Shown: positions 1-10,287 of the stretch, piece after piece
How the letters are laid out: each line of letters begins with the position of its first letter
How positions within the stretch are numbered: the stretch's first letter is position 1
From: Spizellomyces punctatus DAOM BR117
Taxonomy: Eukaryota
Length of the DNA stretch: 20,000 nucleotides
NCBI GenBank assembly: GCA_000182565.2
Contig: KQ257454.1
Strand: one strand, 5' to 3'
The notes under the pieces: model-generated
What the model saw: the letters and a program-made list of their open reading frames with translations, nothing else
Told to the model about the DNA's origin: nothing
Database searches by the model: none
Program-made: the position numbers and the translations under genes

Positions 1-1872
1 TTGACGCATAGGTATATCGGTTGAGTACTTGACTGACACCCGCGCGTGCTTGCATGAATTTTTTTTGGTCGCCCCAGTTACCAGTAGCAAGAGAATACTG
101 CAGCCCTCTCGTTATGGTACCGCCCTTAATTGCCATTGTCAAGTTGAACTCGCCGCGTGAGTCTACCACTTTTCTTGTATATCTGGTCACGTCATTCGTA
201 AGCTTCCTAAAGAGCATCCGGAACAGCCCACTAAGTAGTGGACCAGCTAGATCCAGACGCTTCTTTCCGAAGTGATCACGATCGTCGAGTTCACGTCGCT
301 CCAACGCCGCCAGCAGCAGTCGGTGAATCATGTAACCAAAGAAGAACGCCTTCCGTGTCTGATGATGCGCGCTAGTGCTTACATGAGGAAGCATCTCCTT
401 TTGCAGAATGTCGGCAGCATATCTGGCGAACGCTATGTCAATCGTGTGTTCCCAATCTAAAGTAAAACATACCTCCTCTCACCTTAGACGCTTATCTCTG
501 GTGACACCTATCGTAGTTCCTCTTCTCCCGATATAGTCCAAGGCAATATCCCTATCCTGAATTACGAACGCTTCTTCAATTGATGGTTTCAATAGCTCCA
601 GCATTTCGCGGTCATTGAAATCGTAGCAAATCTGGGCAAGAATATCCCGATCTGTAATGGAGCCCAAGGCTCGGAACACTACCATAATCGGAATATCGGA
701 TTTGATATAAGGTAGAGATGTGCGGATGACGTGTCCTGATGTCTACCATGTATCATGAATTTTTAACATATTTAAAGCATAAGGACCAACAGAACCGCCA
801 TAGGACGACTTACCCCTTTTCCTCCCTTCGCAAGCATTTTAATGAATAGCGTGGACGCTAATTTCGATCCTTTTTCTGGCTGACTTCTAATTTCTGCACT
901 GAATAAATATGGTGCTGGCTGTGCTTTGGCAAAGACGTAGACGGTGTTTGTAGCCATCCGTTCTTGGGCGATAAGGACTTTCTCGGAACCATTAATCACG
1001 AAGTAACCACCCTAACGCAGCATGAAGATTAGTATCTACCAATGACACAATGAAACCGATGTAACACCAACCTGATCATATGGACACTCTCCAACAGATT
1101 GCACATCAAATCCTTCCACATCGTTTGCTCGCAGCAAGTCAGTCAAACTGCAATAGCTCGATCGCAACATAATCGGAACTTTTCCAATGAAGACTTTGTC
1201 CCAATCACTTTCCGCATGCTCCACTTCCCAATACATATCTGCTGCCGAAGTAACATCCTGATTTAGGGGATTTGCTGGGTCTGCTATTTCCACCTTCTTT
1301 CGCATGTCCACATATAACGGGGCAGAATACCTAGATTAAAGGAGCGGTCAACACCCGAAGTGAGAAGCACGCCTCGAGTCAGCGCATACGTCAAGTTTCG
1401 CAAGCGGGCCTCCTGTGGGTAAAGTTGCTTTGTTTCTCCTTCAGGTTCCGAGTGCGTTGGCTTACTGAGGTAAATTTGGCCGAACTGGATCGAATATCGT
1501 CTCTGGTACAAAACGAATATATCAACAGGAGGCGCACCCAACATCATGACAGAGAGTTGTACTTTACCGTGACATCGCTATGCGTGCCGCTGTGCTGACC
1601 CTGAGTAATGATTTGAAACTCTCCATTCTCACTGACGATCTCTTGGATTGTATTTTGCACGAACTCGTCGAATGAGTCCAGCTGTTGCCGCACTAGACCC
1701 TTGTCATCGAAGTATGTTTCTATAACTCCCCAGCAATCCTCTTGTGTAATCTCATCGCTGAGTAGTCCGGCTATTCAACAAGACAAGAACCTGAATCAGG
1801 AAGGACCGCACGAACCACTCAAGACACCCACTTGATCTCACCATCATAATCATAGGAAGGGTTCATCATCAT
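1..1872 (-). CDS. RPB2: RNA polymerase II second-largest subunit, 5' part (multi-exon; continues beyond base 1)
   Basis: Spliced translation [56 protein letters not shown]...[14 protein letters not shown]...[24 protein letters not shown]...[18 protein letters not shown]...[13 protein letters not shown]...[15 protein letters not shown]; canonical RPB2 blocks, GT-AG introns (first 1771-1841). Which of the three tandem ATGs (1872/1869/1866) is used is uncertain. Confidence 0.97.
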
Positions 1873-2356
1873 GAAAAAGAGACAAGCGGGATGGATGGTA
1901 AAGTGGAGAACAACAAGTAATCTATTCAAGTCTTTGAAGGAGATGTTACGATCCTCGCCACCACGCGATCAAAACGTATGGGCCAGTACTGCACCAATTC
2001 AGGAAAGAATAGCACAGAGGCCGCTGGAAAATCAGCAGTAATCAGCAGCAAGGGTAAAGTCGGCAGTTCAAAACGACGGTGCTGACTACTCCTTGCAAGA
2101 TGAATGGTATCTAAAAATCATGAATTGTTAGTCAAAGGCACTTCATGAAGGTCGGCGGTAACAGGCCCGGCCCCTCAACTGTCGTCAACTCACGGAAGAC
2201 CACCACTCGCAGGTTCAGTAAATGCCAAATCAACCTCGTCCAAGCACACTATTGACTGAACGCTGGTTGGGTCAAGGAGATCTGTCACAATCTCACCAAC
2301 AGTTTCGAGCTGCAACCTGACCTGCAACTGCATGGCAATCATGATCCCAACATCCG

Positions 2357-2376
2357 TCACGTGAGAGTATCACGTG
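2357..2376. promoter_or_regulatory. Two tandem TCACGTG E-boxes (bHLH-type) in the RPB2/CDC20 divergent intergenic region
   Basis: TCACGTGA at 2357-2364 and TCACGTG at 2370-2376; function inferred only. Confidence 0.35.
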
Positions 2377-2515
2377 CCAAACAGCTTCAACCCAGCGTAG
2401 GAAAGGCTAAATATAGGGGAAATTCTGAAAAAGCTTAAAGATGAAATAGCTGTGCACAATCGTACGCCTACGGATATTGATGATCTCTTAATAGAAAGGT
2501 AAACTTGAAGGCGAT

Positions 2516-2627
2516 TTGTTTACGGCCAGCTGCAATATGAGCCAGTATAAACAATCATCGCTTGTAAATAAAAGTAAAAAGTGATCGAGTATTACCTCAG
2601 GGTCGTCCCACGCGTCCCCGTATTGAC
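2516..2627 (+). promoter_or_regulatory. Cluster of forkhead-type sites plus an MCB element upstream of the CDC20-like gene
   Basis: TTGTTTAC 2516-2523 (=GTAAACAA), ATAAACAA 2547-2554, GTAAATAA 2564-2571, TATTGAC 2621-2627 (=GTCAATA), ACGCGT 2610-2615; 180-290 bp upstream of ATG 2807. Confidence 0.5.
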
Positions 2628-2806
2628 ACTTTGACAGCTGTGGACGAGATCTAGTGGGTGTCCCCAGTTCCGCCCCGAGAGGGCAATCTGTTCCAAACAT
2701 TACCCTCTAAGCAGTGCCAGTCTGTCATTCCTGTTGCTTACAGTTCACAAGGCAGGACCGACGGAGAATTTTGCCTTGTTTCTCCTCAGGTCTTCACTTG
2801 AAGGAC

Positions 2807-4631
2807 ATGACTGGCGGCGACAATAAATATGGAGAGGGGTCCTCTTCCTCAAATCCTGCCGAGCAGTCCACCTCAACCTCTTCCTCCTTCCTTTTTCCAG
2901 CTCCTCCCCGAACACCCAGAAAGCGAAGACGTTCAGAAGTCGACGAGGATTTTACAAAGCGCGGTCGCTTCGACCGATTTGTCGCATCGAGTATAAGTCC
3001 TCACGCAACTCCAGAACTAAGGAGTGCCTTTAGACACAATACTAGGCGTATGTACTATTGCGGCATTTGTCGTTATGTCGAATAATTCGGCTCTTTTGCT
3101 TACCTACCGAGAACTCCAAGCAGCCGACTCTCCCACTCGCTGGTCGGGAGCATCTGTGGCATTTCCAACGCCGAGCACGAGCAGCAGTAGTAATAAGGGC
3201 TCACCTTATGCGGAGGCTCTCGGGCTCGGTGGAGAAGGTAGATTCTTCCGTCATGGACCGTCCCCCACACCGCAACAGAAAACGGACGCTGAACTAACTT
3301 GGGAGCGACTCCGAATAACGCCAACGAAGCAAAGTGATAGCTCTATCCCACATACACCTCGTAGTATCAGAAAAGAGCAGCGAGTCATTCCGCGACTTCC
3401 AGAGAGGGTTTTGGATGCTCCTGGCCTGAAGAATGATTACTATATCAATGTCCTGGATTGGTAGGTCCACTCTGTCAAAGCATGTTAAATTAACAATGTC
3501 ACCAACCTGTAGCATACATGTAGGTCCGCTAACAACATTCTAGCTGTTGGATTGAACAACAAGGTTTATCTGTGGGATGCGGTAAAGTCAATCATGGTTA
3601 ACGTCCTGTCGCAATGTCTTGCGCTGACGCTTAGCGGGTACCAGGCAACGACTGCTATTCATTGTATATGGACAGTCGAAGAGCCAGACTACGTAACCGC
3701 GTGCGTCTTTTCCCCATGTGGACTTCGAATTGCGGTTGGATCAGAGGAGGGTCGCTGCGAGATTTTTTCTGTTCCTCGTCACAACTTTAAAGCTGGCAAA
3801 TGTAAAGCTCGAATTCGTCATAGGAATGGTCTGGCAGCTGCTACCTGGTGTCAGAAGGACCATAGTCTGCTTTTGACTACAGGAGACAAACTTGGAGTGA
3901 TCAGAGTATACAGTACATCTGTACGACGTCCAAACGACCCACATCCCTCGCGAACACATTGTGAGCTGTTACGAGAATGGGCACATACACATTCTGATCG
4001 CATTGTCGGGCTGCAATGGTCATCGGACAATCGTACGCTCGCTAGCGGAGGTAATGACAATTTGGTTTGTTTATGGCAATTAGAGCGAACCGAAAATCCC
4101 AAAAAAATCATCCGGGACCACACATCCGCTGTACGAGCCTTAGCGTGGTGCCCATGGAATCCTGAGTTGCTTGCTACAGGTGGAGGCCTAGAGGATCGAA
4201 GAATACGTGTTTACAATGCTAGTGGTAGGTCTGAGCAGATAACATTGGCCGCATTGCTTAGTGTACTTGTGATAAGCGACTGAACTACATTCTTAGGGGA
4301 GAAAAAAACAGAAGTAGAAACGGGATCTCAAGTGTGCACCGTCCATTGGTCCAAGGGCTATAGGGAGCTGATTTCATCCCATCACACTACAGGAGATCAG
4401 CTCATCATCTGGAGTTGGCCGAGCATGAGGGAAATCGCACGATTACCTGGACACTCATCTCGCCCTTTGTTCTTCGCCATGAGTCCAAATGGCGAAACGA
4501 TAGTGACAGGAGCCGGCGACGAAAACCTCAAATTTTGGAAGTGCTTCCAATTGCAGGACGGGCAGAGACTACTGAAGGGCCCTGAACAGGACATAGAAGA
4601 GTATAGGCGACGGGCGTCAGATGTTCGTTGA
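2807..4631 (+). CDS. CDC20: CDC20/Fizzy-family WD40 APC/C co-activator (divergent), 5 exons
   Basis: [119 protein letters not shown], ends ..ASDVR*. DYY/PER/CPW fit the Cdc20/Slp1 rather than Cdh1 subfamily. Introns about 3048-3120, 3461-3523, 3582-3644, 4225-4296. Orthology to the mitotic CDC20 is uncertain. Confidence 0.88.
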
Positions 4632-4949
4632 GGCCTCCACCGGCCTGAGACACGCCGCAGCAGTGATGGATTGTATAGTGTATAGTTTATGCAGAAGGCA
4701 GTTTTTAATCTTAATGGTAAATAGATCTGTTGCTAAATAAGTGGGAACCGCAAGATATTTCATGCTTGGCGTGCATCGAATGAGCATCGGCGTTTGTTTA
4801 CTCAAATGAGCAGCAAATCGACCTCTGCTCGTCGCCAACGGAACTGTACGTGTAATTTTGATCAAGTCATGGATAAGGCATCCTTAAATATATTTACACA
4901 AAACCACGACACTGCTGGGTCCCATACTCGAGTATCTGCTCCAATACCG

Positions 4950-5681
4950 TCAGTAGTAATATACTCCGAAAGCTACGTTCGCGTTAGTTCACGGGAATTC
5001 CGTTCCTAAAAATGCAATCGTACTTACCCACGGCCACACAAAACAGAGAATCCTACAATCCATTACAAGAAAAGCGTCAAGATTGTACATGCAGCATATG
5101 AGTCCCAGTGGCTCACTCACATTGATGAACGTGTCTTGAGCCACGTTGTCAGTATCCGCATCCCAGAAACAGCGACATCCCATCCTACATGCAAAGTCCC
5201 GAACTAAATACCATCTCTGCCGGCTCGCTGTGCTTGCATCACCTTCTTACCTCACCCCTTCACCCCTCATTTCCCCAATTACCACATTAACAAGGTATTT
5301 GTATCTGGGTAAGTCGAGTTCTGGGCACATAAGGATGAGCGAGATCACACAGAGAGGTCACACTATTAGTAGCTGACTGACCTTTTAGTCGATTTTTTAT
5401 CTCATCTGCTATTTCTCGCGTCCATTGTGAGCAAGTGTCTGGATGATATGTCGCACCAGTTAGTCGATCCGCAAGTATCTGATGTATGAGTTTTGTGACG
5501 ATCGCTGGTCGAAACCTGCACAACGATACGCTCATTAGACTCCGTGTGAAACCTGTAAGCTCCTAGTGTGTTTTACACACGGCGAGCACACTAGTATCGG
5601 CCGCTCTTACACGTACTTTTGTTTGAAGTTGGGCCGAATGCTATATACTGCGCTGTCGTCAGCCGGCTTGTCCGTCATCAT
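4950..5681 (-). CDS. TCTEX1D2: Tctex1-domain dynein light chain, TCTEX1D2/Tctex2b type (ciliary/IFT dynein), 6 exons
   Basis: Spliced: MMTDKPADDSAVYSIRPNFKQK|FRPAIVTKLIHQILADRLTGATYHPDTCSQWTREIADEIKNRLK|ELDLPRYKYLVNVVIGEMRGEGVR|MGCRCFWDADTDNVAQDTFIN|DSLFCVAV|AFGVYYY*; matches the TCTEX1D2 signature (VVIGExRGEGV..RCFWDADTDN..NDSLFCV..AFG.YY). All junctions GT-AG and in frame. Confidence 0.92.
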
Positions 5682-5825
5682 TTTCAGTCAACGTCGCTGG
5701 GCAAAACACGCCAACGCTGTAGTAAGCGTCAATTGCGCCTCGACACGTGAGTTCATTTGGATGGCTTAGTAACTGCACCCACAGTAGCTAACGCACCTTA
5801 CCTTGTGCCAGAGATCAGAGGAAGG

Positions 5826-6407
5826 ATGGCTTTTCACGACGATGCAAAGGGAGGGAAAGCAAGTTTCCGGTTCTGCACAGAATGGTGAGGAAACCTCTAG
5901 AGGCCGCGGAGAGAAGTTTTATCTTTGCAGAGCTCATTGGCTAACCATCGTTCACAAAATAGTGACAACATGCTGTATCCCCGAGAAGACCGAGGAACAC
6001 GAGCTCTTCTTTACGGCTGTCGACACTGCAACCATGTAGAGGAAGCAGACTCGACGTGTGTTTATCAACATATAGTATCAGCAACAGCGAAGTACGGAGA
6101 AGTCGAGCGACGATAGCAACCGGACATTTCTAAATCATTGTTATAGAGAGCAAATCGTCGGCACCAAAGACCTTGCAAGCGATCCCACCTTCCCGAGAAT
6201 AGACAAGACTTGTCCCAGGTGTGGTTATCACGAGGCAGTATTCTTTCAATCTAGATCAAAGAGCCGAGACGCGACAATGAAAGTGGGTGATTTGCTATTC
6301 TATCATACTGTCTTTGTCTGTGTTCCGATCGAATTCATCGCATCTTCTTGTAACAGCTCCGCTATGTATGCTGCAACACCCAATGCGGACATCGATGGAC
6401 CGAGTGA
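5826..6407 (+). CDS. RPB9: RNA polymerase II subunit RPB9, 4 exons
   Basis: MAFHDDAKGGKASFRFCTEC|DNMLYPREDRGTRALLYGCRHCNHVEEADSTCVYQH...DLASDPTFPRIDKTCPRCGYHEAVFFQSRSKSRDATMK|LRYVCCNTQCGHRWTE*; two zinc ribbons, and it lacks the SADEP acidic hairpin of RPC11/RPA12. Confidence 0.94.
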
Positions 6408-6628
6408 GCGACTGCATAGTTACCCACAGACATAATCCATGACCTGCGAAGGTTCCTCTGTACAAATTCGTATATATTAGATATTGCTCTATGACAGAGC
6501 ACTTGGTTATTACCATTGATTAATTCCACTGCAACAGATACTATCACGAACAGTAACGTACATTGTTCCGGCAAGAGGATAAAGAAATTGAGATCCATCT
6601 TATCAACATGTAGATTTGATGCAAAGTG

Positions 6629-6654
6629 CTGCTGCTTTATACTGCTGCTTTATA
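6629..6654. repeat. Perfect 13-bp tandem duplication CTGCTGCTTTATA x2
   Basis: Copies at 6629-6641 and 6642-6654, between the convergent RPB9 and AOS1 stop codons. Confidence 0.8.
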
Positions 6655-6680
6655 TATTTTGACCACAGCGTCAGCTCAGT

Positions 6681-7635
6681 CTAGTCGATTACCATCGTTT
6701 CTTGAGAGTTTTTTGGCTGACCTGCAGCCTTCACAGCCACAGGAGGAGGCAAGTGGATGATTTTACCAGAGAATTCATCACCATTGAAGCAAAAGAAGTT
6801 ATTCAAAGGCGCATCCTTGCCGGATAACACTTTCAAAATGTCCTGAGCCGCAAATCCGCCGAGTATAGCGCACACAGGGGATATCTCCGCGCGGGCCGTT
6901 CGTGCAAAGCCTCTATCATAGATTTGTTTCCTTAACACCTGCAAATATCCTGTTTGACGCTTTCATACTTACCGAAGAAGCTCGTCGGTCACGTACGATG
7001 CATCACATTGAACTGACTTCAAGTACGGAGATTTCAATTGCAGAAGCGCATTCACATCATTACTCGAACCAGGTAACGGTAAGCGGTTATGTTTTGCCCA
7101 AAACTGCCAAAGAACTTCAAGGAGACGGGTGATTAGCTACGTGGGGACTCAAGGAAGGATACATCGAACTTACGGTTGAAGCCAAAGTATACCGGATCCG
7201 ATCCAGCCTTGAAGGCGCGAAGCTGCTGTCGGGACATCTCTGACATGCTAGTAGCACCCCAAATGCCCTGCTGTGTCTCTTCTAGGCTTGGAAATGCCAT
7301 TGATTTTTCAATCTTCTCGACCGTCACTTCATCCTTTATGGAAGATTTTCGTTCTCTATCGTCCGCATTGTAAGCAATTATGTGGAGACAGTTGGAACAA
7401 AATCCTGTGGCCGCTTACTCTATGTAAGCATGTTCCTTCAGATCGTTAAAGATGTAGCCCATTGTCCCTGCTGTGCCCGCGCTGTAGAACTTGATACCAT
7501 TATTTCGGCAGAGTCGATCAATTCGCGTCTATCAAGATATCGTAAGATGTATCGTCCGCAATGCATTGATGTCAACATGCTCTTACCATAGTTTGCAGGT
7601 CACTGTTGCAGAGACAAACAATATCATACTCGAGA
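6681..7635 (-). CDS. AOS1: SUMO-activating enzyme E1 subunit 1 (Aos1/SAE1/Rad31), 3' part; N-terminal exons probably in the assembly gap
   Basis: LEYDIVCLCNSDLQTM|TRIDRLCRNNGIKFYSAGTAGTMGYIFNDLKEHAYIE|...LLWQFWAKHNRLP...AEISPVCAILGGFAAQDILKVLSGKDAPLNNFFCFNG; stop shortly after the inactive adenylation half-domain, as in SAE1 and unlike UBA1. Confidence 0.85.
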
Positions 7636-8173
7636 NNNNNNNNNNNNNNNNNNNNNNNNNNNNNNNNNNNNNNNNNNNNNNNNNNNNNNNNNNNNNNNNN
7701 NNNNNNNNNNNNNNNNNNNNNNNNNNNNNNNNNNNNNNNNNNNNNNNNNNNNNNNNNNNNNNNNNNNNNNNNNNNNNNNNNNNNNNNNNNNNNNNNNNNN
7801 NNNNNNNNNNNNNNNNNNNNNNNNNNNNNNNNNNNNNNNNNNNNNNNNNNNNNNNNNNNNNNNNNNNNNNNNNNNNNNNNNNNNNNNNNNNNNNNNNNNN
7901 NNNNNNNNNNNNNNNNNNNNNNNNNNNNNNNNNNNNNNNNNNNNNNNNNNNNNNNNNNNNNNNNNNNNNNNNNNNNNNNNNNNNNNNNNNNNNNNNNNNN
8001 NNNNNNNNNNNNNNNNNNNNNNNNNNNNNNNNNNNNNNNNNNNNNNNNNNNNNNNNNNNNNNNNNNNNNNNNNNNNNNNNNNNNNNNNNNNNNNNNNNNN
8101 NNNNNNNNNNNNNNNNNNNNNNNNNNNNNNNNNNNNNNNNNNNNNNNNNNNNNNNNNNNNNNNNNNNNNNNNN
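7636..8173. other. Assembly gap (538 N)
   Basis: Run of N; should hold roughly the first 125 codons of AOS1. ORFs spanning it are artefacts. Confidence 0.99.
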
Positions 8174-8296
8174 CGATCGAATTGACATTGGATGGGTCAT
8201 GTGATATGCTTGGTCAGCACACGGACTGTTCTTCCCGACTGTGTGCGCTAATAAACATAGACAAAGGAATTGCAATTCACAACTTAAGAGTTCAAG

Positions 8297-10287
8297 ATGC
8301 CACCAAAGAAAGGAAAGAAGGGAAAGAAAGGCGGAGATAAGTCATCAAAAGGGGAATATCAGTTAAAGGATGAGGAGAGCAGACGGAGATATTTGCAGGA
8401 TATCAAGGATAAAGCAAAGGTAGTTTATTCGAGTCGTTTGGTAAGACGCAGGACAAAGAAAGCTTAAAGATATATTTTATTTACTCTAGGAGAGACAAGG
8501 TCTGGAGGAGAAGAATGCCCACCTTAATAACCTCAAGATCCAAAATAGATGGAGGGAAATAATGAAAGCAGGTACGCTAAGTGCTGCTTGCATCCTCTGG
8601 AAGAGTGTACAGTGAATGGCCATTATTTCATATGAGCGCAGCAAAGGCTAGGGATCTTGCACAGCAGATCGAAGTTCTGAAACAGATTCATGAGCGACAC
8701 CTCGACAGGAAGAACGCTTCAATTGAGACCCTCGCGAAGGATGTTGCAGAGGCTGAAGACCAGTTTGCAACAGCTCTGCAAGCACACTGTATAAACGTTG
8801 ATACCCTTATCGAATTGCAGTCGGCGAGACTGCAAACCTTGCAGAGTCAGTTTGAGAATGACTTGGGAATACTTGAAACCGAATTCAATGCAGAGAGGTA
8901 TATTATATTGACGTGTATCCAGAATGACTATGAACAGCGAGCTTACCTCGAGCCAGAATGAAATTGCAGACAGGACATGTGAAGGAAAAAGCAGATATTC
9001 TGGGAATCATGACAAGAATGGAACAAGAATTTCAAGACACCGAAGCGGATGCCAAGCACGAGTACTCTAGTATGAGAGATGATGTGAAGAACAAGGTTTC
9101 TTTCGCACAAACAGTTTCATTAGTCTACACCATGAACGACTTACAAGACTATTGGCTTGACCGTAGAATTTAGAGGAAAAACATGCGCTACGTATCCAGC
9201 TTGAAGGCACCGTCGAAGACTTGTGGCGACAGTTTCAGGCAGTAAGTTTTCTCTAATCTCCCAGATCACACTGGCGCAACCTAATAGTAGTATCAATTTG
9301 TGTAGGCGCTGAACCAATACAACACGTCCACCGAAGAAAGGAAGAAGCAGTTTGAGGATTTGAAACAGAAGGATCAAAAAAACGCCAAGGAGATTGAGCA
9401 GCAGATGCGAAAGCTTGTTAAGCTGCAGGTTGACTTAAGCTTGAATTGTACGCACTATGCAGCAATACAAATTGTCATACGTCTTTTTGATACAGGAGAC
9501 CATTGTCCATCTTAAAACGAAGCTAACAAACAACTCGAAAGAGTATGAAGAACGAAATCGGGCTCTCCGTGAAGAGAAGGAGGCAATTCAGTCACATTTT
9601 CAATCTTTGAAGCGCAAAATGAATTCCTTCCGGGAGGAAGAGCGCCGGAAGCTGACGGAGTTGACTATTGTCAGCAACCGAGTGATTAAAGACTTGGAAA
9701 GCAAAATTGAGAGAGCTGAAAAAATCATTAGGCTGGCGGAGATGAATAGGAAGCTGGAAACGGAAGAAGAAAAGGTTCAGCCCTTCTATCGAGAAACCTG
9801 GAAAGAAGGAGTACAGTTACAAGGGATCGCCGAAGTATGTGTCCAGGTTCATTTTGACTTCTTCTCATGAAAGCATTTGCTGAAAGATTAAGCTATTTGT
9901 AGGAATCAGCGACGGCACTTGAATTCCCGAAAGAGTTTGCAGCAATGGAGCAGTTTCATAAACGGTATAACAAAGTTAGTCTGGATCGTCTTGCCCTGGA
10001 GAAGCAAAGAGGACAGTTGCAAGAGGAAAACGAACACCTCCGCAATATTCTCAAGCAATACCTCGACGGTATCAGCGTAAATGAAACGGTGCTCGATCAC
10101 GCTAATCCACTGGTCGTGGTCAATGGTACGATTGGACTCTACAAATGCAAGAACACTGTGATCCAAATTGACGGTCATTCGTGGGTTTTTAGGACGAACC
10201 AATGCTGCCCTATCGCATCCCCACAGCCATCTCAATATTACCTATGTAGAAGCTGCACATCAACGACAGAGACTGGTCCTGTATTGA
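8297..10287 (+). CDS. DRC2: Dynein regulatory complex subunit 2 (CCDC65/DRC2), coiled-coil flagellar protein, multi-exon
   Basis: MPPKKGKKGKK N-terminus; NNLKIQNRWREIMKA|AKARDLAQQIEVLKQIHERHLDRKNASIETLAKDVAEAEDQFATALQAHCINVDTLIELQ; NLEEKHALRIQLEGTVEDLWRQFQ; LAEMNRKLETEEEKVQPFY; FHKRYNKVSLDRLALEKQRGQLQEENEHLRNILKQYLDGISVNETVL..NPLVVVN, all characteristic of CCDC65. Confidence 0.92.

Noticed and set aside
1873-2350. Possible small gene or ncRNA in the largest intergenic region (36-codon ORF at 2146; short repeats AATCAGCAG x2, CTGCAAC x2)
   Set aside because: No splice-consistent ORF, tRNA cloverleaf or snoRNA boxes recognised; likely RPB2 leader or promoter.
5826-6407. Alternative identity as RPC11 or RPA12
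   Set aside because: Lacks the QxRSADE catalytic hairpin; NMLYPREDR and EAVFFQS are RPB9-type.
7491-8340. Long ORFs of 230-244 aa across 7.5-8.3 kb
   Set aside because: Artefacts of translating the N gap.
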